From assembly GCA_963779755.1 (NCBI GenBank), contig CAVZZO010000001.1, positions 96,001 through 160,000 of the forward strand: 64,000 nt of DNA, written 5' to 3'. This DNA comes from an uncultured Gemmatimonadales bacterium. Its GTDB lineage: Bacteria; Gemmatimonadota; Gemmatimonadetes; Gemmatimonadales; GWC2-71-9. Position numbers and translations under genes: made by a program. How positions within the stretch are numbered: the stretch's first letter is position 1; every line of letters begins with the position of its first letter. The notes beneath the pieces were generated by a model, which was given only the letters and a program-made list of their open reading frames with translations, was not told the DNA's origin and made no database searches. This document shows positions 29,618 to 38,137 of this stretch, one piece after another.

Positions 29618-30567
29618 GACCGCAGGGCGGCCAGCAGGAGCGCGTAGTCGCCGCCGGGGTCGGTCACCCAGCGGTCCAGACGGAGCCCGGCGGCATCGAA
29701 CAGCCGCTCGAGCGAGGCCTGGCCGTACTTCCGGCTGATCTCGGTCCGGATGGACTCCCCGGCCCGGAAGGGGAATTCGCCGCCTTCGGGGATGGTCACC
29801 GTCTGCGGCCGGCGGCTCACCAGATGCATCTCCACGTGATGGGCCACCGGATGGAAGAAGGCGTAGTGTTCGAAACCCTCCGGATCGAAGTCGGCGCCAA
29901 GCTCGGCGTTGAGGACCCGGAGCAGGTTGCGGTTGAACTCCGCGGTCACCCCGGCAGCATCGTTGTAGGCCGCGTGCAGCCGGGCGGGCGACTTGACCAG
30001 ATCGGCGCCGAGCAGCACCCGTCCACCGGCGGTCAGGTGTGCCGCCATGCTGCGCAGCAGCGCCACGGAATGGTCGGGGGTGAAGTTCCCGATGGTGCTG
30101 CCCAGCAGCGCGAACCAGGCCGGCCTCGGGATCGCCGGAAGCTCCAGCCCCTCGCTGAAATCGGCCGCCACGGGGGTGATGCGCAGCCCGGGATATTCCC
30201 GCCGCAGCCGTTCGGCCGTCTCCCGCAGAAAGGCGGCGCTTACATCCACCGGCAGGTAGAGCGCCTCCCCTCCCTGGGCCCGCATGGCATCGAGCACCAC
30301 CCGGCTCTTCTCCGCGCTCCCGGCGCCCAGCTCGACCAGGCTGCGCGGCATCAGCTCTTCCACCCAGGCGGGCACCCACTGTTCCAGGAGCCCGCGCTCG
30401 GCGCGGGTGAGATAGTACTCGGGCAGGCGGGTGATCTCCTCGAACAGGCGCGAGCCGGTTTCGTCGTAGAAGAACTTGGGGCTCAGCTCCTTCTCGCCGC
30501 GCGAGAGTCCCGCTACGACTTCGGCGAGCATGGCGGTGGCGGAGCGGCGGGAGGCGGGCTCAGTCAT
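29614..30567 (-). CDS. egtD: L-histidine N-alpha-methyltransferase
   Basis: PKFFYDETGSRLFEEITRLPEYYLTRAE, ELGAGS, GSTIGNF, AYND..GVTAEFN and IRTEISRK. Confidence 0.95.
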   Translation of the reverse strand: MTEPASRRSATAMLAEVVAGLSRGEKELSPKFFYDETGSRLFEEITRLPEYYLTRAERGLLEQWVPAWVEELMPRSLVELGAGSAEKSRVVLDAMRAQGGEALYLPVDVSAAFLRETAERLRREYPGLRITPVAADFSEGLELPAIPRPAWFALLGSTIGNFTPDHSVALLRSMAAHLTAGGRVLLGADLVKSPARLHAAYNDAAGVTAEFNRNLLRVLNAELGADFDPEGFEHYAFFHPVAHHVEMHLVSRRPQTVTIPEGGEFPFRAGESIRTEISRKYGQASLERLFDAAGLRLDRWVTDPGGDYALLLAALRS

Positions 30568-31867
30568 CGCGCGCGCACCGGAATCCGGCGAAAATCTGCC
30601 GGCGAACGGGATAGTCCCAGTTGCGGAAGGTGGTGCGAGCGGCCCCCGGCCGCGTGGCCCAGGATCCCCCGCGCAGCACCTTGTACTCCGGCCCGAAAAA
30701 CACTTCCGAGTACTCCCGGTAGGGGAATGCGCTGAAACCGGGATACGCCCCGAAATCGCTCGCGGTCCATTCCCACACGTCGCCGATCATGCCCGCGCAG
30801 CCGATGGGCGAGAGGTTGCGGGGATAGGCTCCCACCGGCGCGGGCTGGAAAGCGAGCTGGTCCAGGTTGGCATCGGCCAGGGTTACCCCGGACCCCCAGG
30901 GATAGCTGCGCTTCTCTCCGGACGCAGGATCCCAGCTGGCCGCCGCCTCCCATTCCGCCTCGGCCGGCAGGCGTTTACCGGCCCAGCGGGCAAACGCCTC
31001 GGCCTCATGGTAGCAGACGTGACAGACCGGCTGCCGCGGATCGACCGGCAGGATCCGGTCCATATGGCGTACCAGCCACGTCTCGCCTTCCCGGCGCCAG
31101 TATCCCGGGTGCCGGGCCCCGCTCTCCTCCAGCCAGCGCCAGCCCGCCGTGCTCCACCATTCGCGCCGGGTGTAGCCTCCCGCCTCCATGAAGGCGAGAT
31201 ACTCCCCGCAGGTGACCGGGTCCACATCGATCCAGAAGGGCGGGAGCACCACCGTGTGGCTGTCGCGCTCGTTGTCATAGGCGGCGCTCCGGTCCTCGGT
31301 GCCGATCACCACGGGACCGCCGGGGAAGCGCACCATGGCCGGCTCGCGCCGGGGCGCCTCGGGCAGCCGGATCCCGCGCGGCGCGCGGTAGGGCTGCCCC
31401 TGTTTCAACTGCAGCGTCTGAAGGATGGTCTCGTTATGCTGATACTCGTGCTGCAACACCATGCGGAAGACGTAGCCGTCGGCCAGCATCGGCGCGTCGG
31501 ATTCCAGGTCCACCCGCTCCAGCCGGTCGAGGACGCGGCGGCGCACGTCGGCCATGCGGGCCAGCGTCTCCGCCAGCCCGGGGAGGGTCATGCGGCCGCG
31601 GGTGGCTCGCGGATTGGTGAAGGGGTCGTAGAGGCCGCGCAGTCCCTCCGACCCATCGCCCCCGCGCTCCAGATTTTCCAGCAGCCAGACCTCCTCGAAG
31701 TGCGCGATATGGCCGAGGTCCCAGACGATGGGGCTCATCAGCGGATCGTGCTGGCGGCGGAGATCGTCTTCCGGCAGCGGGGCAACCAGCAGCAGCGTCC
31801 GGGCGCGTGCCTCGGTCAGCAGGTCGATGACTTGTGCCCGGCTCAGGCCGGCGTCGGTCCGGATCAT
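30560..31867 (-). CDS. egtB: Ergothioneine biosynthesis sulfoxide synthase (type I-like)
   Basis: DinB domain MSPIVWDLGH and QHEYQH iron ligands; FGE domain with YREYS and RNWDYPVRRQIFAGFRCA. Confidence 0.95.
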   Translation of the reverse strand: MIRTDAGLSRAQVIDLLTEARARTLLLVAPLPEDDLRRQHDPLMSPIVWDLGHIAHFEEVWLLENLERGGDGSEGLRGLYDPFTNPRATRGRMTLPGLAETLARMADVRRRVLDRLERVDLESDAPMLADGYVFRMVLQHEYQHNETILQTLQLKQGQPYRAPRGIRLPEAPRREPAMVRFPGGPVVIGTEDRSAAYDNERDSHTVVLPPFWIDVDPVTCGEYLAFMEAGGYTRREWWSTAGWRWLEESGARHPGYWRREGETWLVRHMDRILPVDPRQPVCHVCYHEAEAFARWAGKRLPAEAEWEAAASWDPASGEKRSYPWGSGVTLADANLDQLAFQPAPVGAYPRNLSPIGCAGMIGDVWEWTASDFGAYPGFSAFPYREYSEVFFGPEYKVLRGGSWATRPGAARTTFRNWDYPVRRQIFAGFRCARDD

Positions 31868-32035
31868 GTATGACGACTCGGGATCGGAGGATGGAGGTAT
31901 GAACCCTCACGGTGTCTTCTGGAATCCCGCTCCCACCCGGGAGGTTCCACCGGATTTGACGATCTGGAGGCGCGGCCATTTCCCCTGCAACATATTACGG
32001 TCCCCATTCCGGGGCGATGCGCAGAGGGTAAGTCC

Positions 32036-33406
32036 ATGCATTTCAATACGATCGTAGTCGGATCCGGGCAGGCGGGCGTCCCCTTCGCCGTGCGAGTTGC
32101 GGAGCGGGGAGAATCGGTGTTGCTGGTGGAGCAGGGGCCGCTGGGCGGCACTTGCGTCAACACCGGCTGCACGCCTACCAAGACGATGGTCGCCAGCGCG
32201 CGTGCGGCGCACGCGGCCCGTACCGCCGGACGCCTGGGAATCCACACCGGACGGGTGCGGGTGGATCTGGACGCGATTGTGGACCGCAAGAACGGCATCG
32301 TGGACGAATGGCGCAGCGGAGTCCAGCGCCGCCTCGAGAAGGCCGGCGAGAGGCTCACGCTGGCGCGGGGCAGCGGCCGGCTGGAGGACGGACACACCCT
32401 GGCGGTGAACGGGGAGCGCCACACCGCCGACCGGCTCCTGCTCAATACCGGCTGCCGCACCCTGGTGCCGGACATCCCGGGCCTCTCCGACGTGCCCTGG
32501 CTGGACAATGCCCGGATCATGGACCTGCGCGCTCTTCCCACCCACCTGGTCATTCTGGGCGGCGGCTACATCGGCTGTGAGTTCGGCCAGATGTTTCGCC
32601 GCTTCGGCAGCCGGGTGACGATTATCGATCATCACGACCGGCTGCTCGCGCGCGAGGATGAGGGTGCCTCGGCCACCGTGGAGGGCGTCTTTCGCGAGGA
32701 AGGCATCGAGCTGCGCCTGGGCGTCACCGCGCGTCGGGTCCTGGCGCGCCCCAGCGGCGTCGGGGTTCGCCTGAGCGCCGGCCGCCAGGTGACCGGATCG
32801 CACCTGCTGATTGCCACGGGGCGCCGGCCCAATACCGACGATCTGGGTTGCGAGGCCGCGGGCATCGCGCTGGACCGGCGGGGTTTCATCCAGGTGGATG
32901 AGCGCTACCGGACCAGCGTGCCGGACATTTACGCCGTCGGTGACGTGGCCGGAGGACCCCAGTTCACCCACAGCTCGTGGGATGATCATCGTATTCTCTA
33001 CAACCTGCTGTATGCGCAGGGCACCCGGACCCGGTCCGACCGCATCATCCCGTCCACCGTCTTCACCGACCCGCAGGTGGCGCGGGTGGGGGCCTCGGAG
33101 CGGGAGTTGAAAATGGAGGGTATCCCCTGCGAGACCGCCTCCATGCCCTTCAGCGCCATTGCCCGGGCCGCCGAAACCGGCCGCCGGGCAGGGCTGCTCA
33201 AGGTCAGCATCGATCCGGCGAGCGAGCGGATCCTGGGAGCCTGCATCGTCGGAGCGGAGGCGGGCGAGCTGATCCATGTATTCGTAGCGCTGATGGAAGC
33301 GGGCGCTCCGGCCCGGGCGATTGTCGACGCTGAAATGGTGCACCCCACCTTTGCCGAAGGCCTGCAGAGCGTGCTGCTCAGGCTCCCCCGCTATGCCCTG
33401 CGCTGA
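32036..33406 (+). CDS. Pyridine nucleotide-disulfide oxidoreductase (MerA/RclA-like, no C-terminal Cys pair)
   Basis: GSGQAG, GGTCVNTGCTPTK, GGGYIG, AVGDV and HPTFAE. Confidence 0.9.
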   Translation: MHFNTIVVGSGQAGVPFAVRVAERGESVLLVEQGPLGGTCVNTGCTPTKTMVASARAAHAARTAGRLGIHTGRVRVDLDAIVDRKNGIVDEWRSGVQRRLEKAGERLTLARGSGRLEDGHTLAVNGERHTADRLLLNTGCRTLVPDIPGLSDVPWLDNARIMDLRALPTHLVILGGGYIGCEFGQMFRRFGSRVTIIDHHDRLLAREDEGASATVEGVFREEGIELRLGVTARRVLARPSGVGVRLSAGRQVTGSHLLIATGRRPNTDDLGCEAAGIALDRRGFIQVDERYRTSVPDIYAVGDVAGGPQFTHSSWDDHRILYNLLYAQGTRTRSDRIIPSTVFTDPQVARVGASERELKMEGIPCETASMPFSAIARAAETGRRAGLLKVSIDPASERILGACIVGAEAGELIHVFVALMEAGAPARAIVDAEMVHPTFAEGLQSVLLRLPRYALR

Positions 33407-33622
33407 TCACTCCTCCCCGGATTTCGCCGCGGGCCGGTCGGAACTGGTGTGGCGCCGCGTCTTGCCGTGGCGGTGGAGCGTCTCGTTGCGCGCCTGGTCC
33501 TCACTTTCGGCTGCGTCGAAGTTCCCCTCCGCCCCAGCCTGCCGGGGCACCTCCGAGCGTTGCTGCCGGGTGAGCTCTTCGCGGCTCTTCCCGCCCAGCG
33601 TGTTGCGGTCGCTGTTTGCCAT
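33407..33622 (-). CDS. Small, highly hydrophilic protein (71 aa)
   Basis: AGGAG RBS upstream of ATG 33622; fills the intergenic gap; its stop abuts the reductase stop. Confidence 0.65.
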   Translation of the reverse strand: MANSDRNTLGGKSREELTRQQRSEVPRQAGAEGNFDAAESEDQARNETLHRHGKTRRHTSSDRPAAKSGEE

Positions 33623-33718
33623 CGTCGCTCTCCTGTACCGGGGTACCGCTGAAGTTATCCCTGGAATGGCCTGCGCCGCGACGACCTGCGTCACAGGCAC
33701 TTGTCGCCCGGCCGCGCG

Positions 33719-34471
33719 GTGAGCACCGGCACTCTGCTGCTGGAAGCCGACGGGGTGACCCGGCGCTTCGGGGCAGTCCAGGCCCTGGACGGCGTGAGCC
33801 TGCGGGTGGAGGCGAATCAGTGCCTGGCGCTGGTAGGCGAGAGCGGTTCGGGCAAGACCACGCTGTTGCGCTGCTTCAACCGGCTGGTCGATCCCGACCA
33901 GGGGCGCATCCGGCTGGAGGGCCGCGACATCTCCGGCCTGGACCCGGTCCGGCTACGGCGCCATACCGGCTATGTGCCCCAGAACGGGGGGCTGCTGCCG
34001 CACTGGCAGGTCCGCCGCAACGTCGAGCTGGTGCCCCGGCTGCTGGGAATGCCGGATGCCACCCGCAGAGCCGATGAGGCCCTGGCGCTGGTCGGGCTGA
34101 CCCCGGACACCTTTGCCGCGCGCTGGCCCCGGCAACTCTCCGGCGGTGAACGGCAGCGGGTGGCGCTGGCTCGCGCCCTGGCGGCGGAGCCCACGCTCCT
34201 GCTGCTGGACGAGCCCTTCGGGGCGCTCGACGCCATTACCCGTTCCGGGCTGCAGCAGGCTTTTCAGGATCTGCGGCGCCGGCTTCCGCTGGCCACGGTC
34301 CTGGTGACCCATGATCTGCGCGAGGCGTTTCTGCTGGCCGACCGCATTGCGGTATTGCGACGGGGGGTGCTGGAACAGGCGGCCGAGCCCGCCGCCCTCC
34401 GCCGCGAGCCGGCGACCGACTACGTGCGTGCGCTGCTGGACCACGCCGGGATCGAGGAGGGCCAGCCATGA
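33719..34471 (+). CDS. ABC transporter ATP-binding subunit, osmoprotectant (OpuCA/ProV-like) family
   Basis: GESGSGKT, NRLVDP, GYVPQ..GLLPH, LSGGERQR and LLLDEPFGALD. Confidence 0.92.
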   Translation: MSTGTLLLEADGVTRRFGAVQALDGVSLRVEANQCLALVGESGSGKTTLLRCFNRLVDPDQGRIRLEGRDISGLDPVRLRRHTGYVPQNGGLLPHWQVRRNVELVPRLLGMPDATRRADEALALVGLTPDTFAARWPRQLSGGERQRVALARALAAEPTLLLLDEPFGALDAITRSGLQQAFQDLRRRLPLATVLVTHDLREAFLLADRIAVLRRGVLEQAAEPAALRREPATDYVRALLDHAGIEEGQP

Positions 34472-36018
34472 GGTACCGGCTGATGCTGTGCCTGGCGGCG
34501 GCCGCGCTGGCGTCGCCGGCGGCGGCACAGGCGCCGGAGCCGGCGCGGGTGGTGGTGGCCTCCAAGCCCTTCGCCGAATCGTACCTCCTGGCCGAAATGT
34601 TTTCGCAGCTGCTGGAGCGGGCAGGCTACCGGGTGGAGCGGCGGCCCGGCCTGGGGGCCACCGAAATTGCCTTCCGGGCACTGGAGAACGGCGCCATCGA
34701 CGTCTACCCGGAATACACCGGCACCGGCCTGACCGCCATCCTGCACCGGCAGCCGACCGGCAGCGCGCGGGAGGCCTACCAGACGGTATACCGGGCGTTT
34801 CTGGCCCGCTACGGCATTCGCTGGCTGCCGCCGCTGGGATTCCAGAACACCTATGCCATCGCGGTACGGCAGGAGACGGCGCAGCGGTATCATCTGCGCA
34901 TGCTGAGCGATCTGGCACGGGCCGCCCCCCGGCTTACCGCGGGGCTGACGCCGGATTTCATCGGCCGGCCCGACGGGCTTCCCGGGCTGCGGCAGGCCTA
35001 CGGCCTCGAGTTCAAGGCGGTGCGCTCGCTGCTGCAGGCGGTGAAATACCAGGCCCTCGCCTCGGGCAGCGTGGACGTCATCGACGGCTACTCCACCGAT
35101 GGCGAGTTGGCGCGCTACCATCTGGTGGTACTCGAGGACGACCGCAACTTCTTCCCGCCCTATGAGGCGGCGGCGCTGGTCGGCGATCGTCTCCGGCGCT
35201 CGGAACCGGGTGCCATCGCGGCCCTCACCCGTCTCTCGGGACTGCTCAGCGAATCACGCATGCGCGAGCTCAATCGGGAGGTTGAAGTTGACGGCAAACC
35301 GGTAGCCCAGGTCGCCACCACCGCCCTGCGGCAGCTGGGCCTTACCGACAGTGCCGCCGCCGGGGACTCTGCTCCGGCAGTGTCCCGCCCGGGGCTCGCG
35401 GCCTATCTGTGGAACCGGCGTGGAGAACTGTGGCGGCTGACTCTGCGACACCTGCTCCTGGTGGGCGTCTCCCTGCTGGCGGCGGTGGCGATCGCGCTGC
35501 CCACGGCGCTGCTGCTGGAGCGGCTGCGAAGTGGAGCGGAGACAGTGATCCGGGCTATCGGCGTGCTGCAGACGATTCCCAGCATCGCCCTGCTGGCCTT
35601 CATGATCCCCCTGCTCGGCATCGGCGTCATCCCCGCACTGGTGGCGCTGTTTCTCTACGCCATCTTCCCCATCGTCCGCAACGCCTACTCCGGCGTACGG
35701 GACGCGGACCCCGAGGCGGTGGATGCCGCCCGGGCTCTGGGGATGACGCCCTGGCAGATCCTGTGGCAGGTCCGGCTCCCTCTGGCCGCGCCCACGATCA
35801 TGGCGGGCATCCGCACCGCCGCGGTCATCACCGTCGGCACGGCGACGCTGGCGGCCTTCATCGGCGCGGGTGGCCTGGGCGATCCCATCGTCGCGGGTCT
35901 GGCCCTGTCCGACACCCGCATGATTCTTTCCGGCGCCATTCCGGCGGCGTTGCTGGCCCTGGTGGTGGATGGCGTACTGGCGGGGGCAGAGCGGGTGGTG
36001 AGACCACGGGGGCTGTGA
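34468..36018 (+). CDS. Fused substrate-binding protein and permease, betaine-type ABC importer
   Basis: Signal peptide; SKPFAE, YPEYTGT, GFQNTYA, YSTDG and FFPPY; then QTIPSIALL, an EAA loop and GAGGLG. Confidence 0.92.
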   Translation: MRYRLMLCLAAAALASPAAAQAPEPARVVVASKPFAESYLLAEMFSQLLERAGYRVERRPGLGATEIAFRALENGAIDVYPEYTGTGLTAILHRQPTGSAREAYQTVYRAFLARYGIRWLPPLGFQNTYAIAVRQETAQRYHLRMLSDLARAAPRLTAGLTPDFIGRPDGLPGLRQAYGLEFKAVRSLLQAVKYQALASGSVDVIDGYSTDGELARYHLVVLEDDRNFFPPYEAAALVGDRLRRSEPGAIAALTRLSGLLSESRMRELNREVEVDGKPVAQVATTALRQLGLTDSAAAGDSAPAVSRPGLAAYLWNRRGELWRLTLRHLLLVGVSLLAAVAIALPTALLLERLRSGAETVIRAIGVLQTIPSIALLAFMIPLLGIGVIPALVALFLYAIFPIVRNAYSGVRDADPEAVDAARALGMTPWQILWQVRLPLAAPTIMAGIRTAAVITVGTATLAAFIGAGGLGDPIVAGLALSDTRMILSGAIPAALLALVVDGVLAGAERVVRPRGL

Positions 36019-36032
36019 GAATGTCCCTGCTG

Positions 36033-36671
36033 TCAGCGCAGCGCCGGTACTCCTCCCAACGACATCAGGGCGGCCGGCTCGCGCAGCACCGGAGGCCGCT
36101 GGGCCGGGAAACCGGCGAGATAGCGATCGGCCGCCCGGGCGCGGGCCCGCTGATAGACCAGATGCGCGGTGGTCAGCGGCAGGGAGAACACCGAGAGGTA
36201 GTGCGCCACCGCCTCTTCAATATCGGTTGAGCCCTCTACCAGGCCGGCGATGTGCAGCGCATTCCGGACGTGCGACTCGGCTACGGCCTCTTCCGCCCGT
36301 GCGCCGGCCAGGCCCATGAGCCGCCGGGTTTCTTCATCCAGCCGCCGGGGAACATGGAACAGCTCGCGCAGGCGTTCCATCCCGGACGCGCCGGGCCGAG
36401 CCGGCGGGGCTCCCAGCTGCCGGTCGTCGAGCGAGGTCAGGACCCGGGTACGCACGAAGTCCTGCATGAGCGGCGGGACCGCAACGAATTCGAAGTAAAA
36501 GTCGAGCGCCTCCAGCGGCGGCACAGCCGACGCGAAGTCTCCCAGGAAGCGGAGCACTTGCTCGGCGTGGGTCACCACCAGCGTTTCCCAGGCCAGGGCA
36601 TAGGCCACCTGAAGACGGGGCCGCAAGGACTCGGGGAACTGCCGCAGGGCCTTCGCACTGAGCATTGTCAT
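36033..36671 (-). CDS. Hypothetical two-repeat helical protein (paralog A)
   Basis: GGAAGGA RBS before ATG 36671; aligns with the 44015-44680 product; internal duplication. Confidence 0.8.
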   Translation of the reverse strand: MTMLSAKALRQFPESLRPRLQVAYALAWETLVVTHAEQVLRFLGDFASAVPPLEALDFYFEFVAVPPLMQDFVRTRVLTSLDDRQLGAPPARPGASGMERLRELFHVPRRLDEETRRLMGLAGARAEEAVAESHVRNALHIAGLVEGSTDIEEAVAHYLSVFSLPLTTAHLVYQRARARAADRYLAGFPAQRPPVLREPAALMSLGGVPALR

Positions 36672-36727
36672 AGTCCTTCCCTTTCCCGACACGAACGGTC
36701 TGCCGCCAGGTAGCGTGCATCAGGCGA

Positions 36728-36743
36728 TGCACCCGGTATGCCA
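36728..36743 (-). promoter_or_regulatory. Putative sigma54 promoter of paralog A
   Basis: Minus strand TGGCATA-CCGG-GTGCA with correct GG-N10-GC spacing. Confidence 0.45.
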
Positions 36744-36912
36744 GTCGAGACTAGACGGACAGTTTACTCCCGGCGGTGCGCGGAATCACACGTGCGCGTA
36801 CCGCAAACCACTGCATGTTGTCGTGGCGCCGCCACACCCACGCGCGACGCAGGAAGGGACGGGGCCCGGGAAGCCGGAAGTGTCAACGGGCGGTCCGCAC
36901 ACGCCGGCCCGG

Positions 36913-36956
36913 GGTGACGTCTCTCACAGGTGGGCGTGCGGGTGGCGAGCTATGCT
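36913..36956 (+). promoter_or_regulatory. CRP/FNR-family-like site plus -10 box upstream of the topoisomerase IB gene
   Basis: GGTGA-N6-TCACA (9/10 match to TGTGA-N6-TCACA), 22 nt, then TATGCT. Confidence 0.55.
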
Positions 36957-36995
36957 CGGAGTGCGACCGCCGGGTCGCACCACGAGGAGACCGAT

Positions 36996-38084
36996 GTGAC
37001 CACCAGACGGCGGCCTTCGCGCCGTTTCACGAAATCGCCGGCCAGTCCGGCAACGTCAGCCCGCCATGCCGGGCTGCGCTACATGCGCGACGATCGTCCC
37101 GGCATCAGCCGGCGCCGGGCCGGCAGAGGCTTTACCTACCGCGACCGGGAAGGCGCCACGATCAGGGACCACGAGACGCTGGCGCGCATTCGCTCCCTGG
37201 CCGTGCCGCCCGCGTGGACTGATGTCTGGATCTGTCCCGATCCGCGCGGACATCTCCAGGCCACCGGCCGTGACGCGCGCGGTCGCAAACAGTATCGCTA
37301 TCATCCGCGCTGGCGGGAGGTTCGCGAAGAGCACAAGTTCGACCGGCTGCTCGCCTTCGGCGAGGCGCTACCGTCCATCCGCCGCCAGGTGGACCGGGAC
37401 CTGCGCCGCCACACGCTCGACCGGCGCAAGGTCCTCGCCGCTGTAGTCAGCCTGCTGGAACGCACCGGCATCCGCATCGGCAACGACGAATATGCCCGGG
37501 AGAATCATTCCTTCGGCCTGACCACGCTACGCGACCGCCACGTGTCCATTCACGGCGCGGAGATACGATTCGAATTCCGGGGCAAGCGGGGCAAGCCGCA
37601 CCAGGTCGGGCTGCGCAACCGGCGGCTGGCACGCATCGTTCAGGCCTGTCAGGCCATCCCCGGCCAGGAGCTTTTTCAGTACCTGGACGAGAACGACGAG
37701 CGGCAGGCCGTCAGCTCGGAAGACGTCAACGAGTACCTGCGCGATGCTGCCGGCGGCGAATTCACCGCCAAGGACTTCCGGACCTGGGCCGGCACCATGC
37801 TGGGCGCGGCCGCGCTGTACGAGCTGGGCGGGGCCCGCACCAGGGGCGGCGCCAGGGCCCGGATCCTGGAAGCGATTGACCGCGTCGCCGACCGGCTCAA
37901 CAATACCCGCGCCGTCTGCCGCCGGTATTACGTCCATCCCGACCTGCTCCGCGCCTACGAAGAGGGGCGGCTCTGTCCCGCGCTGGATGCCGCCGGCCGC
38001 CGGAACGGAGCCCGGCACGGCCTGCTTCCGCTCGAGTCGACCGTCTGCGAGCTGCTGCGGGGCCGCGCCAGCAAGGCGGCCTGA
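36996..38084 (+). CDS. Bacterial (poxvirus-like) DNA topoisomerase IB
   Basis: PPAWTDVWI, GRKQYRYH, RIGN, FRGK, KDFRTW and NNTRAVCRRYY; GAGGAG RBS before GTG 36996. Confidence 0.93.
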   Translation: MTTRRRPSRRFTKSPASPATSARHAGLRYMRDDRPGISRRRAGRGFTYRDREGATIRDHETLARIRSLAVPPAWTDVWICPDPRGHLQATGRDARGRKQYRYHPRWREVREEHKFDRLLAFGEALPSIRRQVDRDLRRHTLDRRKVLAAVVSLLERTGIRIGNDEYARENHSFGLTTLRDRHVSIHGAEIRFEFRGKRGKPHQVGLRNRRLARIVQACQAIPGQELFQYLDENDERQAVSSEDVNEYLRDAAGGEFTAKDFRTWAGTMLGAAALYELGGARTRGGARARILEAIDRVADRLNNTRAVCRRYYVHPDLLRAYEEGRLCPALDAAGRRNGARHGLLPLESTVCELLRGRASKAA

Positions 38085-38137
38085 AACCGCCGGCAATTCC
38101 CCCGGGGCCCCAATGCCTCCACATTAGGAGTCTCCGC

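Noticed and set aside
28385..30379. 664-aa version of the glutamate-cysteine ligase; likewise N-terminal extensions of glpD (48503) and rho (41011)
   Set aside because: The extensions overlap other real genes; better starts exist at 29617, 49124 and 41302.
30560..31867. Selenoneine (senA) cluster
   Set aside because: No SenB glycosyltransferase or SelD-like gene nearby; the adjacent egtA and egtD fit ergothioneine.
31900..31990. Cobalamin or SAM riboswitch upstream of egtB (CCAGAAGAC resembles a B12 box)
   Set aside because: The other conserved core elements are not present in the right order.
32036..33406. True mercuric reductase / mer operon
   Set aside because: No C-terminal Cys-Cys, no metal-binding domain and no merR, merT or merP.
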